DNA of 64,000 bases, from the NCBI GenBank assembly GCA_964016885.1, contig OZ024758.1:18786001-18850000 (forward strand). Reading direction: 5' to 3'. The translations under genes were made by a program, and so were the position numbers. Below, in pieces: positions 1 to 15,586 of the stretch. The notes beneath the pieces are model-generated. The model made no database searches and was not told where the DNA came from. It saw nothing but the letters and a program-made list of their open reading frames with translations. The stretch is from Eledone cirrhosa (lineage: Eukaryota). Within the stretch, counting starts at the first letter, position 1. Each line of letters starts with the position of its first letter.

Positions 1-773
1 CCGAGCGAAGTTTTCAACACACGACGTCTGGAGGTGTGGTCTGTGGACCCAGCGGTGATGATGAGGAGAGAAGAACAAATCTGCTGCATCGCCACGTTAA
101 TAATGCATTCGAAGCACGTCGTGTCAGGTTGATACAAAATCCAAAATTAAATAAATATCAGTACAATGGAGAGAGAGAAGATACTGAGAACAAAATGCGA
201 TCTACAAAAATAAATAGAATATAATAGAGATTGTCAGTGAAATTGGGTAGGAGTTTGAAAGACAGGACAGGAAGAGTGTTTTAAATGAGAGAATAATGTT
301 GAGTGAGTGAGACAGAGATAGAGAGAGAGGGGGGAGATGAATCATATCAGAAGCGGGATATTAAAGATAAAGGAAAATATATAGGAAAGTGGCATGTATG
401 GGATAAAGGTAGAAAATTACATGTAGATATAAAATTGAATCTCATATGGTTTAGAATAATTTTTAGCAAATGTAATAACTATATCACGAATATCATCTCC
501 AGCACATATTTGTGCTTATCTCTTTTAATATTGTCTTCTATTAATATTGCTCATTCCCCAGCTTTTTCCTTGTTCAATGGATCTACGTTGGTTTCTAAAA
601 TATGTTGCTGATTATTGGTAAAACTTGCTAATGAAAGTAACATGGCTGAGCATTGCACATCCACGAGTATCAACGTAGTATCCAGGGAGATGCTGCATAA
701 AATTGTGCGTAAAATACTCTCTCTATCTCTCTCTCCCTCTCTACCTCTCTCTCTATCTCTCTGTCTCTCTATC

Positions 774-808
<35 letters not shown>

Positions 809-2896
809 TTATGGAGGTTCCCAAACAAAAACCCATATCCCGGGGACTATGCTCTGATTTACGCGAAATTTGATTTATTCCAGTTATATTCCCATTTCAG
901 TCTCAACTTCCTTTCAAAGTATTTTCCCATTATGCGGTCTTTTGGCTGTATTAAATTACAAACCAGAAAGCAAACAATCACAGAGTTTTAGTAATATATA
1001 GATAGATAGATACTTTACTATCTAATTGTAAATTCAAGTTAATATCACAGGCTCGCTTTACCTTTGAACAAAGAACTGGAGTTCTCATTCTCGAGCTCAA
1101 TTGACGTTTATGAAGAAGAACTGCGATTATGACGGCTAATGTATTCAGAAATGATCATCACCACATTTGTTGATGGTTGTTGTATGACAAACAAAAGGTG
1201 TAGGATGGTTTGAACTCAGAAACGGGTTGCATATCATTGTTGATATTGTGATATCCAATTACTTTTTAAGTATATTGGTCGATGCACTTGAAGTATGGTG
1301 AATTATTAAAAATCCATTTGATTCAACTATAACGAGACATTTTCCTAAGCCAACATCATTGCTAACAGGAATATATTTCAATAGTTTAGCTTAAAATAGC
1401 TTGCTTTATTTATTGGCGATTTCAATGAGATGTAAGGATCTAGCCCACTTATTTCCCTATATTTGTAAACATTTAATGTTTTTTTTATGTTATACATTGA
1501 AAAAATCACATATTTGTAATTAAAACCAGTATTGAAATGAAGTCAGATATTTTAATCAAATAATTTTCTGGAAGGTAAAATATAAAAACTATTAAATTTC
1601 AAATTACGAAAAAAAAATTATATGCTTTTTTCTAGAATTCTACTGTAAAAATAAAATAAAAATGCAAATAATATAAAAAAGTATCCAATTAAAAAGTAAT
1701 AAATAAAAACTAGTTTTAATGTTTGCATTTTTTTAGGTGAAAATCAGCTTCGAAATAGGGAAAATATAGTGATGAATTTTCGAATGTATTTTTCACTTTT
1801 GCTTTAATTTAGATTTCATTTCTTTAGATACACTGTAAACAATTATAAGGATAGTGTTATAGAACTCCAAGCTATTATCGTACGAAAATAAAGAACATCA
1901 TAAAACCAAAAAATACAGTGTTGATAGTCTGAAGCAATACATGACTAGTAATATTATATATTTTGTGGATGGGTGAGAGAATCATGGTGTTAAAACAAAC
2001 TATTTCCTATTCCTAAAAGCATTGGCACTTGGCATTATTGCTGGATGGCAACAAGTGAGAGTATATAAATCACAAACAAGCATAAAACAATATTTTAATC
2101 ATTATCATTAGTTGACAACTGAAAGAAATATATAATCTTCTGAATTTACTGATATATGTCTTTTCCACGGGGGTCTAATCCGTGAATTTTCTTGATTAGT
2201 TAAGTAACATTCGTACCATACAATGGATAATGCTTTACATGACAAAAATAATAGAAAAGGATATATACATTCGTTAATTATTTAGATTCTATGTGAGGAC
2301 ATTAATACAAAACTGTATTCATATTTTCTATACATAGGATATGTTTTACTAATCAATATGTATCTTTTACTCCTGTTATAACCTTTAATATATAAGGCTC
2401 TGCCACATAGTCCCTGTCGTTTTCTATTTCAATGATTTATATTCTAGAAAATTCATGTGTATGAATTGAATCGTTATCTCAATGAAAAGTATTTTGGAAG
2501 AATTTAGACAGTTTTAATTGACCATATTACAGTTTTGTTTTACTTCGTGTTATATGTATTTATTATATATATATTAGATAATATAGGAACCAAATCTTCA
2601 ATAAGTGAACTAATGTTTGTTGGCATACGTATCGTATCAATTTAGTTCGAGTGATCGCTAAATAGCGTGAAGAGAAAAGGAATGAAATATAGTAAATTAG
2701 TCAAAATGCCACAGACATCAAGTAATTAATATACCGATGGAAACACAGCCAAGATAGATTTATACATTTACTAAATAATAGTTAAAGGGGGCGGTAAAGT
2801 GTGATAAAGGCAATATAATTTCTTCCGATGACCAGAAGTGATTAGATCACATCATATCAAATCTAATCAAGGAAAGCTATTTCATACCAACACACA

Positions 2897-2899
<3 letters not shown>

Positions 2900-2959
<60 letters not shown>

Positions 2960-3023
2960 CTGATTTTAAATTCTTCACCTACACCTTTCCAAGTAATATA
3001 TTTGAAAATGAATATTTTGTGTG

Positions 3024-3068
<45 letters not shown>

Positions 3069-3169
3069 ATATGTATATATATTGAGAGAGAGGGGGAGAG
3101 CTGATATAAATTCTTCACCTACACTTTTCCAAGTTTTAGTTTTCAAAACGAATAGTTCATATGTATGTG

Positions 3170-3215
<46 letters not shown>
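2900..3215 (+). repeat. Diverged tandem duplication including (TA)n/(GA)n
   Basis: ctgat..aaattcttcacctacac.tttccaagt occurs at ~2959 and ~3101. Confidence 0.7.
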
Positions 3216-3217
<2 letters not shown>

Positions 3218-3585
3218 CACACACGAATAACATGTGGAGTTTGCACCATAAATCCCCACCTTCGGGTTTTTTGTCGTTGGCTCAAACTTGGTATGTGATT
3301 TATACAGGTTGATTGATACTTTAAGAGTAAAAGTTTATAGGTGGAAACTCTACTGACGCTCGTCGTATCTAGGTCTGAATTTACGTTTCTTTTCATATTT
3401 AAATTCTTACCTTTGCGACTTCTCTAAATAAGTACCAAACTTGAAAATTTGTCACTGCATCGATATGATTAGCTCAATCCACCCCAGGCCATATGCCATA
3501 GAACACCCGTAATTTGACTGAAACCAGTAAAGAGGTTAGATGAGTGATTGCTACAGTTGCTGTGAAGGAGTGTAATTTGCTGCCT

Positions 3586-3780
3586 AATAATTGTTTCTTC
3601 TTTTGGCACAAGGCAAGCAATTATCCAAGTGCATTACTGGTGGTGTATTTTATCGACCACGTATATATGAAAGGCAATGTTAACCTCGGGTATTTGAACT
3701 CAGAACACAAAGGGCCATAACTCTACGCCGTAAAACATAGTGCCTGATATTCTACTGATACTTCCAATTTTCCCTTCCTA
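3586..3780 (-). mobile_element. tRNA-derived SINE, main family
   Basis: Reverse-complement match to the 4375 and 47744 copies. Confidence 0.8.
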
Positions 3781-4374
3781 ATAATATTTAGATATCGGCT
3801 TCTGAAAGATTGTTTTGGAGATTAAACGCGTATAGAGAAATTCGATGGGAATTGAAACTGGTTATCTTACTCAGCTTTCTGGAAAAAGAAACCATAAGAT
3901 TATTAAGAGGAAACGTTGAAAAAAAGAACACCATAAATCATCAGTATTGTTGTTTATTGTTCACAGTAGATGTCTCAGAGTTTAATTATGAACTGTCAAA
4001 TATATCAAAAGAATAATTGGCATAGGGAAGAAATGTGAAAAGAGATTTAGAGTAGTATAACTGACAGCGCTGGGGTTAAAAACCATTTTAATAACAAATA
4101 CTATCATAAATACTGATTTCCCCGTATCCTTTGCTCTGCTGGAGACATTTATGACTTTTATCTTGGGACACACTGCTGAGAGATATTCAACAAACAATTG
4201 GTTAATCTCCAGATGAGAACACAAACAGTTTCGATTTCACTCAACGCAAGTGCTGGTCAAACCCTGTATAGTTTTTTTCAAACAAGCCACAAACATGTTC
4301 CCCGCTATTCTACATAATATTGTGCTATTTTTTAAACTGCTTTCATATGATTTGACATTATGTATTATTAAACA

Positions 4375-4565
4375 GGGCGGTTGATTGGCAATATGGGTAG
4401 AGGGTTGGCCGCCATGCTTTGCAGCAAAGAGGTACATCCCTTTGTGGTCTGACTTAATATCCCGCCGAGGTTAACTTTGCCTTTCATCCGTACGGGGTCG
4501 ATAAAATAAAGTACCAGTAATGCACTGGGTAATTGCTGGCCTTGTGCCAAAAGTAGAAACAATTA
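4375..4565 (+). mobile_element. tRNA-derived SINE (~190 bp, main family)
   Basis: Pol III-like head, gcctttcatcc..ggggtcgataaaataaagtaccag core, ctggccttgtgccaaaagtagaaacaatta tail. Confidence 0.85.
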
Positions 4566-5091
4566 TGTATTATTAAATATAGTAAATGTTCAAACGATTA
4601 AACTCGTTGTGGGATAGGAGCGTCAACTGTGTTTAAATTATATATAGAAGACGTTTTCACTTACACTAACTTGAAAATGTTTATAAAGAGAAATCATTTC
4701 ATCGCACCAAATCATATTCATCTAGAAGTTCGATTAAACAAGAATTGTGAAATATATATGGGAGTGCAATATCAATCCAGTCATTAAATACGTTTAAGTG
4801 ATGTGTATTACATTTTTGTAGTTAGTTTGTATATTTCTGCCCGAGACAAAATAGTATAATATAGAATGATTGAATACTAAGACTGTAGGATGGCGGTCAA
4901 AACATTTGTCCACCTGGCAGATATTTCCAGCTATACTATGTTTGTTGTATGTTGTGGTTCACCACACAATGTATTCCAACGTTGAGTGTTTTATTGTATA
5001 ATGAAAGGTGGTAGACATAGAATCATGAAAGTTTTCTTCTTTTTACTCGGAGTTATTTGTGTATGAGATGTATATATATATATACATGAAA

Positions 5092-5157
<66 letters not shown>

Positions 5158-6785
5158 AACCATGTTTGAGGTAGAAACTATTGTTCTTAAATGTAGTGAT
5201 GGCCAAGTCATAATATCTTAGCGAAGATATCATTCATATATTAGAATGCATCATGTACATTCTATATGCTATATGTACATTCAAACAAATAACATGCTTG
5301 TGTTTTGAAAGATGTAAAAATCAAAAGGACATCATATAAAGATGAAGAACTCATTGGAGTTCTAAAGTAAGAATCTGTTTCTTTATTCTATGTAGAGATA
5401 TCTATGAAAAATGCATCAATTGAATATAATCCCTAGAACGGTACAGTGGAACATCGTTATAGTGGTATACACGTAAAGTGAAATTACAGATCAATGGAAA
5501 TAAATGATACATCAGTCCTTGTGAATCAATAAAAATGTATACAGAAAGAGAAACTATTCAAATGTTGCTGCTTATTTATTTTTTTAATATTATAAATCCT
5601 AGCATTTATTAAACAAAATTTATGAAATTATGAAAATATTTAAAGTAATGAAAAATGATTAACGGAGAGATCTCGCTCTATGGGAGAGGACTGTAAATGT
5701 CATAAAGGAAAGTAATATGAATATAGGAGCAAGGATTATTAGGCAGCGAAAGAAAGAATGTCGGAAGCGGAGATGGTCTCTACACCTAGATCGGAGTGGT
5801 GCTTCGGCTGCACCACGAGGACAGAAATGCACAGGCATTTCTGCGGACAATGGCCTGCGACAACCTCTGCAACAGCATCCTTACTACACGAGTCATCTTT
5901 CTCATTTTACGGAAGAGCTATTCTGTATAGGATCCGAGTACTCATGTATGAAAAGGTGTTCAGGAGAACTGTAATCCGAATTGTTGTCAAAGCTCTAATT
6001 GAACGGTGATTAATGGTGCTACACGTAGGTACATGTTACGTAAATGTAGGTAGACAAACATACGCAATGGTAACTATTTATTACGCATGTATACACACAC
6101 TACACACATACGCACAAATACACATGTGAATACATCAGTAATTACACATGGCACACATAGGAATCTGAATGTGTATGAGAAGGAGCAGGCGTGGTGTTGT
6201 TGACTTAGTGATGTTTAGAAGTAGTGAAATAGTGATGTTAAAGTAATTATGTTTAGAATTAGTGAAGTGGTGATGTTTAGGAATTGCTCGTGTAAGTTGA
6301 GAAAAGTGGATAATTCAGTCATATTGTATGCCGCAGATCAAGTTTTTTTGAACATGGCATAGCTCCAAACTTCGCGGTCTTAAGTCACTTCTGTTATGAA
6401 GTTTAGTGCTTTAAGATCTGTTTTTACAACCTGAGCCATTGTCTTCCTACATGTACCACTTCACGAGTCTCAGTCATTGCTTTATGCTGCTGAAACTTCC
6501 CATGCACAACACATGTCCATACCAACGCACTCTATTCCCTTACACACTACATCGAAACCCTCTCATGCCAAGTTTTACATCTATCGGAACATACTCGACA
6601 CGCCTTTCTAACCTCCACAAGTTTTCACCCGTCAAGGTGCATATCTCTCTCTATATATATGTTTTCTCCTCTCTCTCTGTATATATATTTATCTCTATAT
6701 ATCTCTATCTCTCTGTCTCCTCCTCTCTCACTCTCTCTCTCTCTATATATATATATTTGTCCTTCTCTCCCTCTATTTCTTTCCC

Positions 6786-6847
<62 letters not shown>

Positions 6848-7410
6848 AGTATTTACTAGGAAGTCTTGATAAAAATTGATGGCATTAAATCATCAAATTC
6901 TGTACGATAGCCGTAAATTTCCTGAACTTCAAAAACAATATGAAGAAAATAAATATATAATGTTACTGAAAAGGAATTAACAGCGTCACAGTCATGCTTT
7001 TGAACACAATGTCTTAAAGAAATGCCGATGTGGTTCCTGTTAACACGAATAAAGTATACACCCCCTCACAGACAAACAGAACACACACACGCTTTCTCTC
7101 ACTCTTCAATTCTCGCTAACTCTTTCTCATATTTGTATGCATGTGTGTACGAAAATGATCGATTTAAGCTCATATTTTTCATTTTTTTTTTATGAATAAC
7201 GATTCAAAGATAAATATGTGCTAAGATATTTATAATGAAATAGTGTTTCAGTACAATTTATACAAATCCAGCCTGAAAGCTTGTGAAAGGTGAGAATCTC
7301 AAATGTTATACTGTCTGGTATTTGCTTTGCATATTTGCCAAAGAGAAACAGTTAATATATGTAACCTCAAACATCTCAAACGCACTTAAAGTAAAACAAT
7401 CACACACATA

Positions 7411-7600
7411 TACACATGAAAAACACACATTTAAATAGCCTTAAACACCTACAGATATATACGCAAACATACTATAGCAGCCATGTAAATATACACATAA
7501 AAAATACAGTTTTACAGAGCCTTAAACAGACAGAGAAATATATACACAAATATAATATGGCAGTTATATACATTCACACATGAAAAACGCACATTTAGAG
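7411..7600 (+). repeat. Diverged ~83-bp minisatellite, ~2.3 units
   Basis: Recurring cacatgaaaaac.cacattta..agccttaaaca. Confidence 0.55.
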
Positions 7601-8002
7601 AGGCACACATAAACATAAATATACACATACACACACATTAAATACACAGTATTTCCTCCCGTGCAAATATATTTTCTCTTTCTTTCTTTCTGACACTCAA
7701 CTCTCATTCAAATTCAATTAAATTCATGTTCTATAGTAATAACACCAGAATCTTCAATATGCTTTTTCTTTTGTATCAAGCATTAAACTAATATACAACA
7801 TTGTTGTACTGTATTCATCTTTCATGTTAGCTTACCGTGTTGATTTTCGTCAACGTATATATATATATTGTTATAATTTGGGAGGGTCATGTTGCCAATA
7901 AGAAACACACGCACCAGTTGCTTTCACTTCAATTTATTATAATAAATTTATAAATTTCTGGTTGGTTTGTTGGTTCCACAACCAGATAGTTGTTTATATA
8001 TT

Positions 8003-8045
8003 GTCATAGTTCTTTCGTCACACACTCTGTGACCTCTTCAGTGAC
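8003..8045 (-). ncRNA. Minimal type I hammerhead ribozyme (inverted arm copy)
   Basis: Minus strand gtcactgaagaggtcacagagtgtgtgacgaaagaactatgac, same fold as 8136-8178. Confidence 0.8.
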
Positions 8046-8135
8046 TGGGGATTATTTTCTTTGTTTTTGTGCCTCTCCTTTGTTTCTGTAGGACAGAACA
8101 AAGGAGAGGCACAACAACAAAGAAAATAATCCCCA

Positions 8136-8178
8136 GTCACTGAAGAGGTCACAGAGTATGTGACGAAAGAACTATGAC
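8136..8178 (+). ncRNA. Minimal type I hammerhead ribozyme
   Basis: GUCA-CUGAAGA-g-GUCACA(gagua)UGUGAC-GAAA-GAAC-UA/UGAC: 4-bp stem I, 6-bp stem II, minimal stem III. Confidence 0.8.
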
Positions 8179-8381
8179 AATATATAAACAACTATCTGGT
8201 TGTGGAACCAACCAACCAACCAACCAGAAATTTATAAATTTATAAATTTATTATAATAAATTGAAGTGAAGCAACTGGTGCGTGTGTTTCTTATTGGCAA
8301 CATGACCCTCCCAAAGTATAACAATATCGGTTTCAACACACGATTTCAGATTAAGAATCTTGCTAAACAAATTCAGAAACG

Positions 8382-8474
<93 letters not shown>

Positions 8475-8772
8475 AGGATAATATAAATATAAATGTATGT
8501 GTGTATCTACATGTCTGTGTGCGTATATATATATATAAATATATATATGTGTGTGTGTGTGTGTGAATGTTTGTTTAAAAGTTTGATGGAGGCGTAGTGC
8601 CACATTTAAATTGTATAACCCGTACCTCTGGCGATCTTACCGTAGGAGAAAACGAGTGAGGAAATTCGAAACGCTGAATCTCTCCTTATTCAGTGATGGT
8701 TTATATATATATTCGAAACATCACAGATGGCCTGAGTGTGATTTGAACTCATTACCATATCAATGCATAAGG

Positions 8773-8938
8773 GCAGCAATTATTCCAGTACATTACTGGT
8801 ACTTTATTTTATCAACCCCGTAAGGATGAAAGGCAAAGTTAACATCGGCGGGATTTGAACTCATACCACAAAGGGCCGTAACTCTTGCTACAAAGCATGG
8901 CGTCAGATACTCTACCGATACTGCCAATCCAACACCCT
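8773..8938 (-). mobile_element. tRNA-derived SINE, main family
   Basis: ctggtactttattttatcaaccccgtaaggatgaaaggc..gggatttgaactc. Confidence 0.8.
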
Positions 8939-9053
8939 TTTTATATATAATGTGTGTGTTCGTATAAATATCTATACATTGGATCGTCAATAACTAAATT
9001 TGTAGAAATTTACATTGTCTATACAAATGTGTACAAATGTCATACTTGACGAC

Positions 9054-9164
<111 letters not shown>

Positions 9165-9354
9165 GGAATCAAAGTTATGTTCAAACCATTTATTAGCTTA
9201 CAATTGTTTCATCCAACAAAGCGAAGCCTGGATTCTTCGGAGCATTTTACAATGTTTGTATACATACATGACCTCTTTTCCAACGCAAGAGACATACAGA
9301 TACATATGTATATATTGATGTACAGTGGGGTGACATATATTATAGTATCCTTAA

Positions 9355-9442
<88 letters not shown>

Positions 9443-10800
9443 ATAGTGTGTGTGTGTGTATAATGTATGTGTATCTGTGTGTGTATAATGTGTGTGTGTG
9501 TGTGTGTATAATGTATGTGTGTGTGTGTATATAATGTATGTGTGTGTGTGTGTATATACTGTATATGTGTGGGTTTGTTGTGTAATGTGTGTGCGTGTGT
9601 ATAATTTATATGTGTGTGTGTGTGTGTAATGTGTGTGTGTGTGTGTGTATAATGTATATGTGTATATGAGGTATATGTACATATATTACTAATTTGCATG
9701 TAGCTGTAGCATATCACTTTCACAAGCCATTCATTCACACTTGCTCAAGTGAAATCTATACGAATTATATTTCAGAAGTTATTACTTTCCGAATCGATAT
9801 TTTCTCATATATATTTTATTGTTCCAACAAAATCCTAATTACATTTTAAATTGAAACGGAACATTATTCACTAAATATTGATAAGAAAGCTGGCTACATT
9901 ACAGACAAGTTATTCTCAGAGGGAGAAACTGTGTTGTCTGGAACAGCCCTAAAAAATCATTTATCCTGGATACATTAGTGAGAAAGAAAATAATATAAAA
10001 AAAAATATATATATATATGAATCTAAAATGAAAGATCTCGTAGTGTTGCAACCCTCTTAAACCTATGATAACAGTGTGATGTGGTGTGATGTGGTGTGGT
10101 GTGATGTGGTGTGATGTGGTGTGATATGTGTAGAAATGTTCCATGTTGTATGATGGAATTATAGAGAGAGGCGTGACTATGGAATAAATAAAAAGTCAAA
10201 TAGGAGGAGTTTTGTTTCTGTTGAAGATTGTGCGTAGAAGACTGCAAGAGAGCAGAAACAAAACGGAGGAGAGAAAGAAGACGTGGTAAAAAGAATCAAT
10301 GATGGCGAAATGCTATGATATGCAATAGATACGACTATTAATATATTTTCCTAATTCTTTGTTTTATTTGTTTGTTCAATGTGGGGAAAGTGTAAGCAAA
10401 GTTTTATGATGGGGATCACTATTCCACTGTGGAATTATTATAGATATACCATAAATAAAATGCCAGTGTTCCCGTAAACAATATGCACAAATGAGAGATA
10501 AGAGAAAGGGGAAAATACTCGAATTGATAAAACTTACGTTGAATATGAGAGATAGCGGAGATGAATTAGCAATAGACTCCAACTTTTATCTCTCAATTTA
10601 GGAGTGTAGGAAAGCGTGTAATCCACATGTGTCTGTGCTACACCTCCATGTAGAAATGACGCAGTAATTACCAACAGCCCACCGATATATCTCTCCCTAT
10701 TTTACACACTCTTTGCAATTTCTCTTCCCCTTTATTCCTCGTATCTTTTTTTGTAAAACACACAAACACAAGCACACACATATGCGTGTGTATATGTATA

Positions 10801-10859
<59 letters not shown>

Positions 10860-10884
10860 ATATATATATTTATGTGTATATATT

Positions 10885-10915
<31 letters not shown>

Positions 10916-10940
10916 GTTTATATATGTATGTATGTGTATA

Positions 10941-11001
<61 letters not shown>

Positions 11002-11203
11002 GTTCATATATATATGTATGTATATGTATATATATATGTATGTATATGTATGTATATGTGTATATATATATATGTATGTATGTATATGTATGTATATGTA
11101 TATGTATGTATATGTATTTATATGTATATGTATGTATATGTATATATATATATATATATGTATATGTATATATATATATGTATATGTATATATATGTATG
11201 TAT

Positions 11204-11478
11204 ATCCCAAAAGTCAGCTCAAAAGTGAGACAGAGGAGACTGAGGTTGGCTGGACACGCTGACCGACATCCAGAGTTGACATTGCACTCAGTGCTCCCTT
11301 GGGAGCCCCTACATGACACACTAGAAGAGGAAGACAAGGTTATCATATGTTGATGCCCTAAGGACAGACACTGGTCTGTTGGCGATGCAGGATATGGCAG
11401 CGATAATGAGGGACAGAGACCGCTGGAGAGAACTCGTCCATGGATCTCGGGAATTTTCCCCGCCTTACATAGATAGAT
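11204..11478 (+). mobile_element. RTE-clade LINE 3' end (frameshifted)
   Basis: [29 protein letters not shown], then a frameshift to [30 protein letters not shown], typical of the RTE C-terminus; short (ATAG) tail. Confidence 0.8.
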
Positions 11479-11489
11479 GTATGTATATG

Positions 11490-11552
<63 letters not shown>

Positions 11553-11578
11553 TATATATATATATATACATACATACA

Positions 11579-11900
11579 TGGTTGGGTCGTTGGCGACTAA
11601 ACTGCCAACCCCACCAAGATTTCTTGGTGAGGAGGGTGACTTTGGACATCGTGCAGGACTAAAAACAAAACCTGTCAAAGGGCAAAGGAGCTCTAAGAGT
11701 CAATGGCCATACAAAATCACCGGGAGAGATGACCCCTTAGCCTTTGTCAATGGAGAATTCTAGGAGAAGGAAAACTCTGATATAACACCTGCAACCCGGT
11801 GGTATCCAATGATGTTGACTTGTTCTTCTTTTTGGTAAATATCATCTTGGTTAAGAGAGTTGGACTGGCTTTGTGCAGTGCCTTTGCTCACTATAATCAC
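11579..11900 (+). mobile_element. Non-coding repeat resembling an RTE 5' region or derived SINE
   Basis: Contains ctaggagaaggaaaactctgatataa..cctgc..gatgttga..ttcttctttt, shared with 55370-55520. The RTE 5' assignment is from recall. Confidence 0.5.
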
Positions 11901-12044
11901 ATGTGAGAAAAACCACAGTCCCTCCATGACAACTCACCTTTGAAAAGCAGAAGAACTGCGAAACCGGTAAAGGAACCAAATAAATATATATATTTTTAAA
12001 AAAAATAAGACTTCAGTTGCATTTTCGATTTCATCCTTTTTCTT

Positions 12045-13577
<1,533 letters not shown>

Positions 13578-14085
13578 TAAATCAGGAAAGAAGGTTTACA
13601 TGGTTTGCTATACAAAAAAGTTTTTAATCACATAGCTTACATTTGTTTCACTGAACTGGTATGTCTAGAGATCGCTATCCGCCTAATTTTGCGTCACTCG
13701 ATCGCCAATACAGAATTATAACCAGTCAGATCTTCGGAGCATGCGAGAATGAAGAAAATGGCAAGAAAATAAAAGAAAATATGGAGTAGTTATGGCATTC
13801 AATTAGAACAATAAACAACAACAATTATTACAACAATGCTATCAATAAACTATTTAAGGAGACCCTGACATTACTTAGGTGGGGGGTATATAATGTATCT
13901 AATGTTACGGCGTGAAAACCAGCTGTCATAAGGCAAAAAGTATCGTAGTGTGTATCAATTTTAAATTATAAAGATATACAATTAGCACGCTTTTCTCTTT
14001 GCATGTATGTATATTTTTGTACGAGTGTATATTAGTGTGTATGTATGTGTCTATGTACACGTATATGTGTATATGTATTTATATT

Positions 14086-14145
<60 letters not shown>

Positions 14146-14671
14146 CGTAGATATATGCGTATATTAATTCGTTAACCTCTGTATTAACTCTACAACTATT
14201 GAGCTTTGACAGTGGTCCCACTCATGTATACGGTTGAAGATGAAGAGAAAGACTGTAAAAACTAGCTTATCTTTATAATTTAAAATTGATACACACTACG
14301 ATACTTTTTGCCTTATGACAGCTGGTTTTCACGCCGTAACATTAGATACATTATATACCCCCCACCTAAGTAATGTCAGGGTCTCCTTAAATAGTTTATT
14401 GATAGCATTGTTGTAATAATTGTTGTTGTTTATTGTTCTAATTGAATGCCATAACTACTCCATATTTTCTTTTATTTTCTTGCCTGTGTATTTTCTTCAT
14501 TCTCGCATGCTCCGAAGATCTGACTGGTTATAATTCTGTATTGGCGATCGAGTGACGCAAAATTAGGCGGATAGCGATCTCTAGACATACCAGTTCAGTG
14601 AAACAAATGTAAGCTATGTGATTAAAAACTTTTTTGTATAGCAAACCATGTAAACCTTCTTTCCTGATTTA
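13578..14671. repeat. Long inverted repeat, ~400-bp arms, 291-bp spacer
   Basis: 13578-13976 is the reverse complement of 14268-14671, and only a 5-nt indel was seen. Lies between two large TA-rich arrays. Confidence 0.92.
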
Positions 14672-14942
14672 TTATTACTCCAAGTGTTTACAACATAGGA
14701 ATTACAGCATACCCGCAGCATCACTATGAAAACGCCTTGTTGAGTCAAACCAAGCCAAGCGTTAATATCATCCACTACCTGGAATACCATAACTGGACTT
14801 CACCTAAGTGGACTGCATTTAACTATTATTTGTTAATCCGTATATATATGTATGTATATATATATGTATGTATATATATATGTATATATATATATGTATA
14901 TATATATATGTATGTATATATATATGTATGTATATATATATG

Positions 14943-15015
<73 letters not shown>

Positions 15016-15020
15016 GTATG

Positions 15021-15099
<79 letters not shown>

Positions 15100-15152
15100 G
15101 TATGTATATATATATATGTATGTATATATATATATGTATGTATATGTATATG

Positions 15153-15185
<33 letters not shown>

Positions 15186-15491
15186 GTATGTATATATATG
15201 TATATATATATATATATGTATGTATATATATATATGTATATATATATGTATGTATGTATATATATATATGTATGTATATATATATGTATATAGAAATATT
15301 AAAACAATGAAATTAAACACAAACTGTTAATTCATAATGAAACACATTATTTTACGATCGTTTTGGGGGGATAGTTCTCTGTATGTTTATTCAATTATTG
15401 ATCTACGTGAAACATATTACAAAATATCATAGTAAGAAAAAAACACATACTTCTTCACTACTCGACATCTTCAGAAATAATGAACATCAGT

Positions 15492-15586
15492 GATCTCGGT
15501 AGACAGGTGGGAGTAGTTAGCCTTGATAAGCTTCAACAAAAGCGAAACAAGGCCTTGTCGGCTTATCTCCCTTGTTTGCTGAGATC
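15492..15586 (+). ncRNA. Type I hammerhead ribozyme, U3:A8 core variant, long stem I (copy 1)
   Basis: AGCC-UUGAUAA-GCUU(caacaa)AAGC-GAAA-CAAGGCCUUG-UC/GGCU. Stem I extends as gatctcggtagacagg..gggag..gttagcc (15492-15522) pairing with ggcttatctcccttgtttgctgagatc (15560-15586). Predicted cleavage after GUC at 15559. Confidence 0.85.

Larger units (their letters stand above)
7865..8327. mobile_element. Fold-back element: ~225-bp near-perfect inverted arms with 3-nt loop, one HHR per arm
   Basis: 7865-8089 is the reverse complement of 8093-8327 with a few substitutions and short slippage indels. Loop AGG at 8090-8092. A short TA run abuts the left end and a long (TA)n tract starts ~55 nt right of it. 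Confidence 0.9.

Noticed and set aside
1-224. GC-richer window start with open frames
   Set aside because: It could be an exon cut by the window edge, but no product is recognisable and the donor site is weak.
5717-6009. Overlapping 83-85 aa ORFs in a GC-richer patch
   Set aside because: No recognisable domain and no convincing splice acceptor; coding status is unsupported.
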